A program made the translations under genes and the position numbers. Below the pieces are notes generated by a model. It did not search any database. It saw only the letters and a list, made by a program, of their open reading frames with translations, and was not told where the DNA came from. Positions 62,996 through 64,000 of a DNA stretch of 64,000 nucleotides are shown here, piece by piece. Origin of the DNA: an uncultured Litoreibacter sp. (lineage in GTDB: Bacteria; Pseudomonadota; Alphaproteobacteria; Rhodobacterales; Rhodobacteraceae); assembly GCF_947501785.1 (NCBI RefSeq), contig NZ_CANMXB010000001.1, positions 1,319,048-1,383,047 on the forward strand. Direction: 5' to 3'. Position 1 is the stretch's first letter. The number at the start of each line of letters is the position of its first letter.

Positions 62996-64000
62996 ATGAA
63001 AGACGCCAGCCCCGCCGCCGCCCCGCTTGAAATCTTTCTGAGCGACTACACACCGCCCGCCTATCTGGTCGACACGGTAGAGCTGACCTTCAAGCTGCAT
63101 CCCACGAAAACAAGGGTGATCTCGAAGATCGCATTCCGCCCCAACCCTGAGGCGACGGACAAGACGTTCTACCTGCACGGGGAGGACCTGACCCTGATTC
63201 GCGCCTCTATCGACGGGCAGGATTGGAAACCATACGCGACCGAGCATGGCCTGACCGCCCGGGTTCCCGACGCGCCGTTCATCTGGGAGGCGGAGGTCGA
63301 AATCTCCCCCTCCACCAACACCGCATTGGAAGGGCTTTACATGTCGAACGGCATGTATTGCACCCAATGCGAGGCAGAGGGCTTTCGCAAGATCTCCTAC
63401 TACCCCGACCGTCCTGATGTGATGGCGGTGTTCACCGTCACCATCGAAGGCGATGAGAAGGTCAAACTGTCAAACGGCAACGACCTTGGGGATGGCAAGT
63501 GGCACGACCCACATCCAAAGCCCGCCTACCTTTTCGCGCTGGTCGCAGGCGATCTGGTCAACTTGCACGACACGTTCACCACCAAGTCGGGCCGCGAGGT
63601 CGATCTGAACATCTATGTGCGCGACGGCGACCTGCACAAAACCCCCTTTGGCATGGACGCCCTCAAACGGTCCATGAAATGGGACGAGGATGTCTATGGA
63701 CGCGAGTATGACCTCGACTTGTTCAACATCGTGGCCGTCGACGATTTCAATATGGGCGCGATGGAAAACAAGGGGTTGAACATCTTCAACTCGTCGGCCG
63801 TGCTGGCGTCGCCCGACACCTCCACCGACGGCAACTTTCACCGGATCGAGACGATCATCGCGCATGAGTATTTCCACAATTGGACAGGCAATCGCATCAC
63901 CTGCCGCGACTGGTTCCAGCTGTGCCTGAAGGAAGGCCTGACCGTCTTCCGCGACCAGCAATTCTCCGGCGATACGCGCGGTCATGCGGTGGAACGCATC
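62996..64000 (+). CDS. pepN: aminopeptidase N (M1 family), N-terminal 335 codons; runs off the right edge
   Basis: Not in the ORF track because there is no stop in the window. The ATG at 62996 follows an AGGAGAG SD. 'YTPPAYLVD', 'GAMENKGLNIFN' and 'HEYFHNWTGNRITCRDWFQLCLKEGLTVF' (HExxH...E) are present. Confidence 0.92.
   Translation, partial: MKDASPAAAPLEIFLSDYTPPAYLVDTVELTFKLHPTKTRVISKIAFRPNPEATDKTFYLHGEDLTLIRASIDGQDWKPYATEHGLTARVPDAPFIWEAEVEISPSTNTALEGLYMSNGMYCTQCEAEGFRKISYYPDRPDVMAVFTVTIEGDEKVKLSNGNDLGDGKWHDPHPKPAYLFALVAGDLVNLHDTFTTKSGREVDLNIYVRDGDLHKTPFGMDALKRSMKWDEDVYGREYDLDLFNIVAVDDFNMGAMENKGLNIFNSSAVLASPDTSTDGNFHRIETIIAHEYFHNWTGNRITCRDWFQLCLKEGLTVFRDQQFSGDTRGHAVERI

Noticed and set aside
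62463-63030. Track ORFs 62463..62789 (minus), 62578..63030 (plus) and 62713..62997 (minus) in the glcB-pepN intergenic region
   Set aside because: They have no motifs and poor composition. A different minus-strand frame gives the DUF2256-like zinc ribbon, and the pepN start with a strong SD lies at 62996.

Overview
GC-rich (about 60-65% by eye) alphaproteobacterial chromosome segment. Gene content, gene order and a dispersed intergenic repeat family suggest Rhodobacterales (roseobacter type); that assignment is an inference. I call about 74 protein-coding genes, two of them cut by the window edges (sdhE-like on the left, pepN on the right). I also call one tRNA-Pro(GGG), several terminator-type hairpins and at least 10 copies of a REP/MITE-like intergenic repeat. 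The backbone is housekeeping: aspartate aminotransferase, MATE and MscS transporters, parE, an ABC-F ATPase, msrB, bamE, yceD/rpmF/plsX/fabH/ihfA/MerR, dcd, scpA/scpB/nagZ/SPOR/argS/dgt, erpA, xthA, dksA, MoxR plus VWA, an RlmI-like methyltransferase, ligase-associated repair genes, glcB and pepN. Ten things stand out. (1) Three dispersed paralogs of an unrecognised small lipoprotein lie within 5 kb, one directly upstream of a secreted GH25 muramidase. (2) A one-gene low-GC island encodes a BRCT-domain protein whose stop codon overlaps the parE stop. (3) A roughly 4.2 kb insertion splits the normally contiguous yceD-rpmF cluster; it carries a very low-GC membrane protein, an S41-like peptidase and an ECF sigma factor with a membrane partner. 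(4) A PARG/macrodomain-like protein is translationally coupled to scpB and followed by two small coupled genes. (5) A PIN-domain gene is coupled to the RlmI-like methyltransferase. (6) An alpha/beta hydrolase is coupled on both sides inside an exonuclease-ligase repair operon. (7) A secreted protein is built from three near-identical repeats. (8) A (GAGCCN)10 microsatellite sits inside the MerR-like gene. (9) Two short ORFs are missing from the supplied track: a DUF2256-like zinc ribbon and a 56-aa membrane peptide. (10) The intergenic repeat family appears to supply one gene's start codon. I saw no CRISPR array, rRNA, transposase or integrase. Many long ORFs in the track are antisense or alternative-frame artefacts of high GC and were rejected. 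All functional calls come from reading motifs by eye; no database search was run.
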